From contig JACPHX010000002.1 in NCBI GenBank assembly GCA_016188425.1, positions 2,373 through 66,372 of the forward strand: 64,000 bases of DNA. Reading direction: 5' to 3'. The notes under the pieces are model-generated. The model did no database searches, was not told where the DNA came from, and worked only from the letters and a program-made list of their open reading frames with translations. Of the stretch, positions 18,343-26,755 are shown in pieces. The position numbers were made by a program, and so were the translations under genes. Position 1 is the stretch's first letter. Every line of letters starts with the position of its first letter. This DNA comes from Candidatus Uhrbacteria bacterium. Its GTDB lineage: Bacteria > Patescibacteriota > Patescibacteriia > UBA9934 > GWF2-40-263.

Positions 18343-18732
18343 TTATGATATAGGCACGAACCTCATGATATCCCGCACCAACTCTGAAAGCGGATGGTCG
18401 GATTTGACCACATACCCAACCGCGCCGAGAGATTTTGCCTTCTCCCGATCCCCCGGCTGCTCGAGGGTCGAGACCAGAAGGACGGGAGTATCGCGCACGT
18501 CATCGTCTTTCTGCACCATGGAAAGGATGTCAAAACCAGTCAGATGAGGAAGGATGAGGTCGGCGACCACAAGCTGGGGACGCCAGCGGTGGATCTCTTT
18601 GAGCACCTGCAATCCGTCCGTCGTGATGCGCGTGTCGACCCCCTCGCGCTTGAGGCGGCGGGCGAGCGTGTCGGCGATGTAGGGATCGTCTTCGACCAAA
18701 AGAACCAATTTGTCGTTCTTGTGCTTTTCCAT
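18343..18732 (-). CDS. Stand-alone response-regulator receiver (CheY-like)
   Basis: LLVEDD...D(phospho-acceptor)...K layout. Start re-placed at MEKHKND. Confidence 0.8.
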   Translation of the reverse strand: MEKHKNDKLVLLVEDDPYIADTLARRLKREGVDTRITTDGLQVLKEIHRWRPQLVVADLILPHLTGFDILSMVQKDDDVRDTPVLLVSTLEQPGDREKAKSLGAVGYVVKSDHPLSELVRDIMRFVPIS

Positions 18733-18776
18733 ACGGCGTGTGACGCTATAATACCACGAGAAAATCACCGCCTTCT

Positions 18777-19550
18777 ATGATTGGATTCCTCCTCATCGAC
18801 AAACCCCTCGGTCTCACATCCAACGACGTGGTCGCGCGCGTCCGCCGGCTCACGGGCGTGCAACGGGTCGGCCACGCAGGCACGCTCGACCCGCTTGCAA
18901 CCGGCCTCCTCATCGTAGGCGTCGGGCGCGAAGCGACCCGAGAATTTCCCCGGTTGGTTGGCTTGCCCAAAACCTACCTCTCCACCTTCATTCTCGGCGC
19001 ACGTTCAACGACAGACGATGCCGAGGGAGAAAAAATAAGCGACCCAGTCCCGTCTCTCACGGAGGAAATCGTCGACCAAGGTCTCCTCCAACTCACAGGC
19101 GAAATCACCCAAACCCCTCCCCAATTCTCCGCGGTCAAAATCAAAGGCAAACCTGCCTACGCCCAGGCGCGCAAAGGGATAGAGGTGGTGATAAAGCCAC
19201 GGCAGGTGACAGTTTCTACTTTCAAAAGAATCGGATCGATCCGTCCACAAGCGGACGGGACGTTTGAGATCGACGTGAGCATCGATTGCTCGTCGGGGAC
19301 GTACATCCGTTCTCTGGCGAGAGACCTGGGGAGAATTCTGGGAGGTGGGGGGTATGTAAAAACGTTGCGACGGACATCTATAGGACCCTTTTCAGCCCAA
19401 GAAGCAATTCCATTACCAGCTGGAATATCCCATACCCAGCCAAGGGGCATGCCCCTTGGCCACATGTCTGATCCTGCCCTTCCAGCCATTCCAGCCCTCC
19501 CCCTGCTCCCCGTCCCAGGCCTTCTTGCCCTCCTCCCTCCCCCCTGCTAA
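18777..19550 (+). CDS. truB: tRNA pseudouridine(55) synthase. The C-terminal ~45 aa are encoded by repeat elements
   Basis: GHAGTLDPLATGLL catalytic Asp motif. The tail ...QPRGMPLGHMSDPALPAIPALPLLPVPGLLALLPPPC is translated from palindrome copy 3 plus the C-rich repeat. Confidence 0.8.
   Translation: MIGFLLIDKPLGLTSNDVVARVRRLTGVQRVGHAGTLDPLATGLLIVGVGREATREFPRLVGLPKTYLSTFILGARSTTDDAEGEKISDPVPSLTEEIVDQGLLQLTGEITQTPPQFSAVKIKGKPAYAQARKGIEVVIKPRQVTVSTFKRIGSIRPQADGTFEIDVSIDCSSGTYIRSLARDLGRILGGGGYVKTLRRTSIGPFSAQEAIPLPAGISHTQPRGMPLGHMSDPALPAIPALPLLPVPGLLALLPPPC
19438..19463. repeat. Palindrome family copy 3 (in the truB tail)
   Basis: AGCCAAGGGGCATGCCCCTTGGCCAC. Confidence 0.85.
19470..19550. repeat. 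C-rich element (copy A); the related copy B lies upstream of tRNA-Glu
   Basis: Shares TTCCAGCCCTCC and CTTCTTGCCCTCC blocks with 54446-54522. Confidence 0.5.
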
Positions 19551-19701
19551 AGTATGCCGGTAAATCGTAACGAATGCCGGCTGCTTCCGACTTGGTATGC
19601 GATCCGCCTTTCTCCAACTTTCCCCTTTCTCACCGATCCGCTATTTCCGGTTGTTCTTATAGTTGAAGGCCGTCCATCCGTCGGTTCAGCGGCAAGGCCG
19701 T

Positions 19702-21264
19702 ATGAACCTCACCACCATTGTCGTCCCCCTTCTCACCCTCGCTGCCGGTACAGGCGCGGGGTATGCCCTTCGTAAACAGATAGCTCTGCGCCATGCCACC
19801 GATGCCGCGGCCACGGCCGAGCGGCTCATCGAGGAAGCCAAGCAGAAAGCCCATGCCACAAGCATGAACGCCCAACAGGAAGCCAGTGAAATTCTCATCA
19901 AGGCAAAAGAACGCGCCTTCAGCCAGCTGGAAGAAGTAAAACGCGAGGAAGCCACGCTTAGGCGTGAAATCCAGGATGCACAAAAGCGCATGGAAAAGCG
20001 CGAGGAGACATTCGACCAAAAAATCCTCGATCTTGAGCAGAAAAAACAACAACTGGAGGATAAGCTCCAGTTCGTCGAGCAGACGAAAACCGAGCTCGCC
20101 CGCGCAAAGGACGAGCATGTAGAACGACTTGAGGCCGTCGCCCATCTCTCGCAGGAGGATGCCCTGGCGCAGCTCCACTCCCACGTAGAAGGACGACACA
20201 CCGAATCCCTCCTCTCCCGCATCCGCAAGCTTGAACAGACGGAGGAGGAAGAGATCGAGAAACAGTCGCGCCGCGTCCTTTCCATGGCCATCACCCGCTT
20301 CGCCTCCTCGGTCTGCGCCGAGCACACGACCTCGGTCGTTGAGCTCCCAAACGACGAGATGAAAGGGCGCATCATCGGGAAAGAGGGGCGCAACATCAAA
20401 GCCATCGAGCATCTGACTGGCACCGAAATCATCGTGGACGAGACACCGTCGGCGATCACGATCAGCGGGTTCTCCCCCATCCGCCGCCAGGTGGCCAAAC
20501 GCGCGCTGGAAGATCTCATCAAGGACGGCCGCATCCAACCCGCCCGCATCGAAGAGGCGGTAAATGAGGCCAAGCTGAACCTCGCCAAAGAAGTCCGCAA
20601 AGCAGGCGAAGAGGCCCTCTACCAATGCGGCATCCCCGTTTCCTCCGTGGATCCGAAACTGACCTCCATCCTCGGCCGCATGCGCTTCCGCACGAGCTAT
20701 GGCCAGAACGCGCTCATGCACTCCATCGAAGTCTCAACCCTCTCTGGCATGATCGCCGAGGAGCTGGGAGCCGATGTGTTCATCTGTAAAAAGGGAGGCC
20801 TCTTCCACGACATTGGCAAGGCCGTGGACCATGACATGCAAGGCGCGCATCCGGAAATCGGGTACAATATCATGCGGAAGTTCGGCTTCCCCGAGGAAAT
20901 CGCCTACCAGTCCATCGCCCATCACGAGGACAAGCCGAGGACTATCGAAGGGGCTATCGTCAAAGCGGCAGATGCCATCAGCGGCTCACGCCCGGGCGCC
21001 CGCCGGCAATCGGTGGAACAGTTCATCCAGCGCATGGAGCAGCTGGAGAAAACCGCCATGGGCTTCACGGGGGTGGAAAAGGCCTACGCCATCCAAGCCG
21101 GCCGCGAAGTGCGCGTCTTTGTAAAGCCCGAGGAAATCGATGACCTCACCGCCTACAAGCTGGCCCAGGACGTCGCCCAAAAGATCGAAGCGGAGCTGAC
21201 CTACCCTGGAGAAGTGAAAGTGACGGTCATCCGCGAAACGCGCGTGTGTGAATACGCCCGCTAG
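19702..21264 (+). CDS. rny: Ribonuclease Y
   Basis: N-terminal TM helix, coiled coil, KH domain (GKEGRNIKAIE), HD domain (HSIEV...HDIGK...HHED). Confidence 0.9.
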   Translation: MNLTTIVVPLLTLAAGTGAGYALRKQIALRHATDAAATAERLIEEAKQKAHATSMNAQQEASEILIKAKERAFSQLEEVKREEATLRREIQDAQKRMEKREETFDQKILDLEQKKQQLEDKLQFVEQTKTELARAKDEHVERLEAVAHLSQEDALAQLHSHVEGRHTESLLSRIRKLEQTEEEEIEKQSRRVLSMAITRFASSVCAEHTTSVVELPNDEMKGRIIGKEGRNIKAIEHLTGTEIIVDETPSAITISGFSPIRRQVAKRALEDLIKDGRIQPARIEEAVNEAKLNLAKEVRKAGEEALYQCGIPVSSVDPKLTSILGRMRFRTSYGQNALMHSIEVSTLSGMIAEELGADVFICKKGGLFHDIGKAVDHDMQGAHPEIGYNIMRKFGFPEEIAYQSIAHHEDKPRTIEGAIVKAADAISGSRPGARRQSVEQFIQRMEQLEKTAMGFTGVEKAYAIQAGREVRVFVKPEEIDDLTAYKLAQDVAQKIEAELTYPGEVKVTVIRETRVCEYAR

Positions 21265-21308
21265 CAACCTTGGCAAACCTTCTCAATTTGCTCTACACTA
21301 CTATCGAT

Positions 21309-21638
21309 ATGAACAAAGCAGAACTTGCCTCACGCCTGGCGGATCGCCTGGGCGTCTCTAAAAAACTCGGCGACGATTTCGTTGACGCGTTCGAAGACAT
21401 CGTCACCAAAACCCTTGTGGGCGGCGGCGAAGTCACCATCGCCGGCTTCGGCACCTTCTCGGCCCGCAAACGCGCCGGCCGCATCGGTGTCAACCCCCGC
21501 GACCCGTCCAAGCCCATCACGATCAACCCGGTCACGGTCGCGAAGTTCAAGGCAGGGAGCGCGCTTAAGAAGATTCTGAAACAGGGGGAGAGGACGGCGG
21601 CCAGCACACCACCCCAGACCATATCCACTCCATCGTAA
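21309..21638 (+). CDS. hup: HU-family DNA-binding protein with a C-terminal extension
   Basis: MNKAELASRLADRLGVSKK...GFGTFSARKRAGRIGVNPR HU/IHF fold. Start re-placed at the internal ATG. Confidence 0.85.
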   Translation: MNKAELASRLADRLGVSKKLGDDFVDAFEDIVTKTLVGGGEVTIAGFGTFSARKRAGRIGVNPRDPSKPITINPVTVAKFKAGSALKKILKQGERTAASTPPQTISTPS

Positions 21639-21642
21639 CAAC

Positions 21643-21675
21643 AAAAGAACCTCGGCATTGCCGAGGTTCTTTTTA
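21643..21675. terminator. Bidirectional terminator between hup and the lipoprotein gene
   Basis: AAAAGAACCTCGGCATTGCCGAGGTTCTTTTT. Confidence 0.6.
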
Positions 21676-21683
21676 ACGTACCA

Positions 21684-22214
21684 TCAGTTGGCTGACATCG
21701 TCCCCAACACCAGTTCCACCGCTTTCTCTTCCTCCAAGAAAACACTCACGATAATCAAGGATTCGTTTCGTTCAAAAACATAATGGGTCTTCTCAAGCCC
21801 CGCCGTCTGGGTGGTGCTGACAATCCTCTTGGCTGCGACGCCCCCGAGCTCGACATCCTCTATGGATTTCACTTCGTCCTTATTGTTCTTGATCGCCTCG
21901 ACAAAACCGTCCGTCGTAAGGCCCTTCGCCGCGTAAAAGTACGCGAGACTGATAGGCTTGTCCTCGCGCACTGTATCGCGCAGCGAGAGGAAGAAATCGA
22001 CATCCAGGCCAAGGTATTTGTACGCGCGTGTGTCCTTGTCTCGCAGATGGGTTTCCATGTACCCGGGGAAACGGAACGAGAACCCGTAATCGGCATCCTC
22101 GTATTTTTCCTTGAATTCGGGTGAGGCCACTGGCTTCACTTCCTCCTGTTTCCCCCACGTACATCCTGCTCCCAGGAGGAGCATCAGTCCGGCAACCGCA
22201 AATAGTTTTCGCAT
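21684..22214 (-). CDS. Hypothetical lipoprotein
   Basis: Signal peptide with lipobox LLGAGC. 176 aa, no recognised domain. Confidence 0.5.
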   Translation of the reverse strand: MRKLFAVAGLMLLLGAGCTWGKQEEVKPVASPEFKEKYEDADYGFSFRFPGYMETHLRDKDTRAYKYLGLDVDFFLSLRDTVREDKPISLAYFYAAKGLTTDGFVEAIKNNKDEVKSIEDVELGGVAAKRIVSTTQTAGLEKTHYVFERNESLIIVSVFLEEEKAVELVLGTMSAN

Positions 22215-22215
22215 A

Positions 22216-23487
22216 TTATTCGTTTACGAACATCATCAATTTCTCCGTGATGTCGGCCAGTGGCACCAGGCGGCTTTCCGCTTCTGTGCGGCCCTTCCAT
22301 TCAATCATCCCGTCGGCCATCGTCCGCCCCGAGAGGACAAGACGCAAGGGGAAGCCCAGAAGATCCGCCGAGGAGAACTTCTCCCCAGGCGACGCATCCC
22401 GATCGTCCCAGAACACCTCGATCCCCTGCTTGGTCCATTCCTCATACAGCTCCGCCGCCCGTTCGCTGACCTGCCGCTGCACTTCCGGATCTTTATTAGA
22501 AAGCGAGACGAGCGTGACCGCAAACGGCGAGACGGACTTGGGCCAGATGATCCCCTTCTCGTCATTGAACTTTTCCACGATCACTCCCATAACACGCGAG
22601 ATCCCGATCCCGTAACAGCCCATGATGGGAAATTGCTTATTGCCATCCGCATCAATGAATGGCAAATCGAAGTCCTGGCCATACTTCGTCCCAAGGTCGA
22701 ATACGTTCCCGACCTCCGACGCGCGCGCCGACTTCAAGGCGCCATCCTGTTTGCGAGGACACGCGTCCCCTTCCTTTACGGTGGCGATTTCTTTGTTCAC
22801 GCAGAAGTCGCACCGCTCGCAGTAGAGGATGTCATCCTCACCCGCATCCGTCAGTACCATGAACTCGTAGGACACCTTTTTGGAAAACGCGCCGCCGGAC
22901 GCTTCCGTCACTTTCGCCGTGAGTCCAAACCGCGAGAACAGGCGGAGGTAGACTTCCTTCGCCTGTTGGTAGAACCGGTCGAAATCTTCCTGGGAAGTGT
23001 GGAAACTGTACATGTCCTTCATGAAAAACTCGCGCCCGCGCATGATGCCGCTCTTGGCGCGCAACTCGTCGCGGTACTTCCAATGGATCTGGTAGACAGC
23101 CAAGGGAAATTGCTTGTAGCTCTTTGCCCGCGACAATACGAGCGGCGTCACGATCTCCTCTTCGCTCTGCCCCAGCGCATACTCGTTGCCGGTACGGCTC
23201 TTGATCTTGAAGAGGACGTCGATACTGTCCCAGCCGCCTGTCTTCACCCAAGGATCTTTAGGATGGAGCGTCGGCATGAGCACTTCCTGCCCGCCAAGTT
23301 TGTTCATCTCTTCACGGACGATCGCCTCGATGCGGCGCAGTACGCGCAATCCCAATGGGAGATAAGAATACACGCCCGCCATGAGCGGATCAACGAACCC
23401 TCCTTGGATGAGGAGGCGGGCATTAGCAGTATCGGCATCGTGGGGGGCTTGGCGTTCCGTTTTGGTAAAGAGGTGGGAAGAGCGCAT
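22216..23487 (-). CDS. proS: Prolyl-tRNA synthetase (class II; no long editing insertion)
   Basis: Class II motifs (FRDE...REFxMKDxYSFH, GCYGIGISR motif 3). Start re-placed at MRSSHLFTKTERQ. Confidence 0.9.
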   Translation of the reverse strand: MRSSHLFTKTERQAPHDADTANARLLIQGGFVDPLMAGVYSYLPLGLRVLRRIEAIVREEMNKLGGQEVLMPTLHPKDPWVKTGGWDSIDVLFKIKSRTGNEYALGQSEEEIVTPLVLSRAKSYKQFPLAVYQIHWKYRDELRAKSGIMRGREFFMKDMYSFHTSQEDFDRFYQQAKEVYLRLFSRFGLTAKVTEASGGAFSKKVSYEFMVLTDAGEDDILYCERCDFCVNKEIATVKEGDACPRKQDGALKSARASEVGNVFDLGTKYGQDFDLPFIDADGNKQFPIMGCYGIGISRVMGVIVEKFNDEKGIIWPKSVSPFAVTLVSLSNKDPEVQRQVSERAAELYEEWTKQGIEVFWDDRDASPGEKFSSADLLGFPLRLVLSGRTMADGMIEWKGRTEAESRLVPLADITEKLMMFVNE

Positions 23488-23723
23488 AGGGGAAGGGCGG
23501 AAAGGGTTGAAAGTGCGGAAAGGATTTAGAAAAACAAGACGGCCCTGTTCGAATAAAGCGTAGCAAATATAGGCGGAGATGCAAAACACCCGTGTCCGGG
23601 CAACCCCTCTTAATCTCCCCTTGGCAGGGGAGATCGAGCTCGTGCTGCGTTCCGAACGTAGCGGCGCGGCTTTAGCCCGCCATCCGGTGAATCGGATGGC
23701 ACGGTAAAGGGATGCCGCTAGTT

Positions 23724-23776
23724 CTCAAAAACTCAAAAGCCCCGGAGATCCGCGTAGAACGTGCGGATTCCGGGGC
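23724..23776 (-). terminator. Intrinsic terminator of the basic-protein gene
   Basis: A-run, then GCCCCGGAGATCCGC-GTAGAACGT-GCGGATTCCGGGGC, a 15-bp stem with a T-run on the minus strand. Confidence 0.6.
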
Positions 23777-23811
23777 TTGAGACGTGGGACGTGAGGGGGG
23801 GACTTGGGCAC

Positions 23812-24267
23812 CTAACGGCGCTTGCGGCGCGGCTGGTGCATGCCGGACGTGCGTCCGGCATTGGAGATCATCCGCGTCTCGGAAACGGCGCGGTGAAGCC
23901 GCTCGACGAGCACCTGACGCTCGACGGCCGTGAGCTTGCGCTCGGGCTTGGCCACGACGATCGCGGGCGCCGTCTTCTGAACGGGAACGTCGACGACCTT
24001 CGGGGCCGGCTTGGTCGCTTGGACGTCGACTTCACGGCGAAGACCGAAGCGCGAGCGCTCCGGCTTGACGTCGAACTTGATCGACTCGACGAGCTCGCGC
24101 TCCTCCGAGGTCAATCGACCCTTGCGACGCTCCTCGGAAACAGCCGAGGTCTGGTTTGAATTGTGATGAGAAACGGGAACCATGCGGGTTCCCTGACGCC
24201 TGAATCCAGTCTGATTGAAGATCATGAAGATCCTCCGTGGCCCGGGACGGCCGAACAATTGGCGCAT
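23812..24267 (-). CDS. Hypothetical highly basic protein (Arg/Lys-rich)
   Basis: ORF with a strong terminator. No family recognised. The start is uncertain. Confidence 0.35.
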   Translation of the reverse strand: MRQLFGRPGPRRIFMIFNQTGFRRQGTRMVPVSHHNSNQTSAVSEERRKGRLTSEERELVESIKFDVKPERSRFGLRREVDVQATKPAPKVVDVPVQKTAPAIVVAKPERKLTAVERQVLVERLHRAVSETRMISNAGRTSGMHQPRRKRR

Positions 24268-24418
24268 TCAAGCACCAAAGCCCTTATTCAACGCGTAAAT
24301 GGCGCCAAATAACGGCCTTTGTGCGTATCTATTTGAACAAATTAACTTGCAAATATACAAGAAAATATAGGTTTTGTCAATAGTCACCGAGCAAAAACAA
24401 AAAGGGCTTGCGTTGCCC

Positions 24419-24916
24419 TTAGTTTACGAACGCCTCACGAAGCGTAGGTGCATTGAGTACCTTACGAAGAGCCCCACGGAACTGTTCACCGTGATCGGGC
24501 AGGATGGAATAGAGAGTGCCGCCTACGTCCTGGCACAAGATCTCCAAGTTGATCTCTGCGAAGAGTACCTGGATACGAACCGGGATGTGGCCCAATAGGT
24601 CGATCGTTGTGTGTAACGACGCCCTCTTAAACAGGGCTTCGTCTGCCTCTTTATTGGGGTATCCGTCCGTCAAACGAACGAACAGGACGACGAGATCCTT
24701 TTGAGACAGGATATCAGCCGCCAGGCGAGAAACCTGCAGGCCGACACCTGGCGGCAGGGAGACAGATCGCCGCTTCTCCATCACGCGAAGATTTTTCACT
24801 TCCCTGCTCTGCGACAGATACTCGCCCTCGATGATCGCGACGCGATCTGGGGGCGGAGGAGCAAATCGCTTGAACGTCTTCAACAAGGGGTACAATTTCA
24901 GGAAACGAGCATTCAT
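24419..24916 (-). CDS. Hypothetical protein
   Basis: 165-aa ORF heading the surface operon; no recognised domain. Confidence 0.35.
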   Translation of the reverse strand: MNARFLKLYPLLKTFKRFAPPPPDRVAIIEGEYLSQSREVKNLRVMEKRRSVSLPPGVGLQVSRLAADILSQKDLVVLFVRLTDGYPNKEADEALFKRASLHTTIDLLGHIPVRIQVLFAEINLEILCQDVGGTLYSILPDHGEQFRGALRKVLNAPTLREAFVN

Positions 24917-24974
24917 TATGTAACCTCCGTCTCATCTATGAGACACGGAACCCTAGCGCGAATAGTGCGAAGCG

Positions 24975-25865
24975 TCAAGGAGCGGGTGGGCGCCTCGACC
25001 GTCGTGATGATTTTAATTCTGGATACTGAATCTTTTTCCCTTGCGGGCAGCTACACGCCCGCTCGCTCTTATAAAGCCGGTACGCCGCCCGCCGCCAGAA
25101 GAAAAAGAACAGAGCAGCCAACAGAAGAAACAGCCAATTGAAAAGCCAAACCGACTTTGGACGAGGATGCAAAACCGTCACCGACGGGCACTGTGGCAGA
25201 GGCAGCGTCGCGGTCGGAACAAGCGGGAGGCAGCTTGGAGCTAGGATGGGGGGAGGAAGGAGGGGGGAGGTTGGAGGGGGGGGAGTGTCCGGCGGAGCCG
25301 GATCCGGCTCCGCCGGAGAGAATGACGGGGGGGAGGTTGGAGGGGGGGCGGCAATCGTGAACGTTGCGTTGCGAACTTGGCGGACGATATTTGTTCCTTC
25401 CCCGTCGCCAGAAAGCACGGAGGCGTTTTGGAACCGAATATCTGCCCGACCTTCCTTGAGCGTCTTAAACTCTGCCGTGAAGACCAACCCGTCGGATCCG
25501 ACGAATCCACCAGGCGTCAAATCGACTCCCGTGAACTGTATCGTCCCTTGCCCGCGATCGATAAACGGTTCCCGGAACCAGTGGCTGATGATAGTCCCCT
25601 CTGTCGTAATCCCTGTCGCCTCGACCAGTTCAGACGGAAACACGATGGCACCCTCAACGGCATTCACGGGAGTATCTGTTTGCACAAACACATGCACGGT
25701 GAAGGTTTGACCAACCATGAACGCTCCCGAGGCCGGAGCGAGTTCTATCGAAGCGGTTGCGGCGGAGACGGAAAAAGCGGGCAGCAGGCAGCTGGCAGCA
25801 AGCAGCAACGCAAAAAACAGCGAAGTCAATGGCCTTGCTATTCCTTTGAACGTTTTTTCCTCCAT
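24975..25865 (-). CDS. Membrane-anchored surface protein with a cohesin-like domain, Pro-rich stalk and C-terminal TM anchor
   Basis: Signal peptide. A ~125-aa beta-sandwich region matches cohesin topology (VGQTFTVHVFV...VNAVEGAIVFP...GTIQFTG...DGLVFTAEFKTLKEG). PPPTSPP stalk. C-terminal FLLLAALFFFFWRRAAYR anchor. Confidence 0.5.
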   Translation of the reverse strand: MEEKTFKGIARPLTSLFFALLLAASCLLPAFSVSAATASIELAPASGAFMVGQTFTVHVFVQTDTPVNAVEGAIVFPSELVEATGITTEGTIISHWFREPFIDRGQGTIQFTGVDLTPGGFVGSDGLVFTAEFKTLKEGRADIRFQNASVLSGDGEGTNIVRQVRNATFTIAAPPPTSPPSFSPAEPDPAPPDTPPPPTSPLLPPPILAPSCLPLVPTATLPLPQCPSVTVLHPRPKSVWLFNWLFLLLAALFFFFWRRAAYRLYKSERACSCPQGKKIQYPELKSSRRSRRPPAP

Positions 25866-26755
25866 ACGATTGCAGATATCATACCAAGAATCAGGAGCAG
25901 CGTCCCAGCGATAAGCCGAACGTCCATCCGATCCCAGAACAGGAGCGGAATTTCTACCGATGACATTTTCACATTCCCTGCCGCATCCGTGACACGAATG
26001 TACACGGTCTTCCCTGCCCGCGATGGTTGGTACACGTCCCCTCCTTTCACCCAGGACGTATCGGACGGAGGCTCGCCGTCCGTTTCTTGGTATTCAATCG
26101 AGGCGATCCCCGTCTGCGCGTCAAACGCGCGTACAGAGACCAACGGGTGGCCCTCGGTCGCTTGGGTGCCAGGAATCTGTTGAATAGTTTCAATCGTGGG
26201 CAGCTGATGATCCGCAACTGGAGCAGGTAAACCTTGCTTTGATGTCACCGCCACCTCCATGGAGGCGTCGCGAGTCACGGGTGTGGCCCCCCCATCGCTC
26301 CCCAGCATGCGTACGCTTCCGAGCGTCAATGACACGTCTCCGCTCTGCAGGGTGTCGAAAGAGATAGAAAAGAGCGTCCCGACTCCCGTGAACCCTCCCG
26401 GGATCATCGCCGCAAAAGGGATCCGCCCGTCCTCTGCGCTGGGACGTTCTATCCAAAGCGCGTTTAGCGAGGAACCTGTTTGCACCACTCCAGGAAGCAG
26501 CTGCAAGACAGGATAGGAAAGCTCTCCCTCGATGGCATTCACCGACTCCCCATGCGTATCAATGACGACGTCAACAGTGGTCGTCGCCCCGATGCCTGCA
26601 GTGGGATGAAGGGTCACCATCCCGGCAGCGACGGAGCGCGGGAGGATGCACAAAAACAACAGAACCACATACGCAATAGCCCATGGCCGACGGCAGACGC
26701 CATTTTTTTTCAGAGAGTTCCCCTCTTCTGTTTGTAAAATGTTTGTCATATTCAT
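25838..26755 (-). CDS. Paralogous membrane-anchored cohesin-like surface protein
   Basis: Same layout: signal peptide, cohesin-like domain (TTVDVVIDT...VNAIEGELSYP...GTLFSISFDTLQSG), extra Ig-like region, C-terminal TM plus KKRSKE. Confidence 0.5.
   Translation of the reverse strand: MNMTNILQTEEGNSLKKNGVCRRPWAIAYVVLLFLCILPRSVAAGMVTLHPTAGIGATTTVDVVIDTHGESVNAIEGELSYPVLQLLPGVVQTGSSLNALWIERPSAEDGRIPFAAMIPGGFTGVGTLFSISFDTLQSGDVSLTLGSVRMLGSDGGATPVTRDASMEVAVTSKQGLPAPVADHQLPTIETIQQIPGTQATEGHPLVSVRAFDAQTGIASIEYQETDGEPPSDTSWVKGGDVYQPSRAGKTVYIRVTDAAGNVKMSSVEIPLLFWDRMDVRLIAGTLLLILGMISAIVWRKKRSKE

Noticed and set aside
19657-20721. Two overlapping 300-350-aa minus-strand ORFs inside rny
   Set aside because: Antisense shadow ORFs (Ser/Arg/Cys-rich). 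rny on the plus strand has KH and HD motifs.
22111-23529. 472-aa plus-strand ORF over proS
   Set aside because: Antisense to a class II aaRS with clear motifs.
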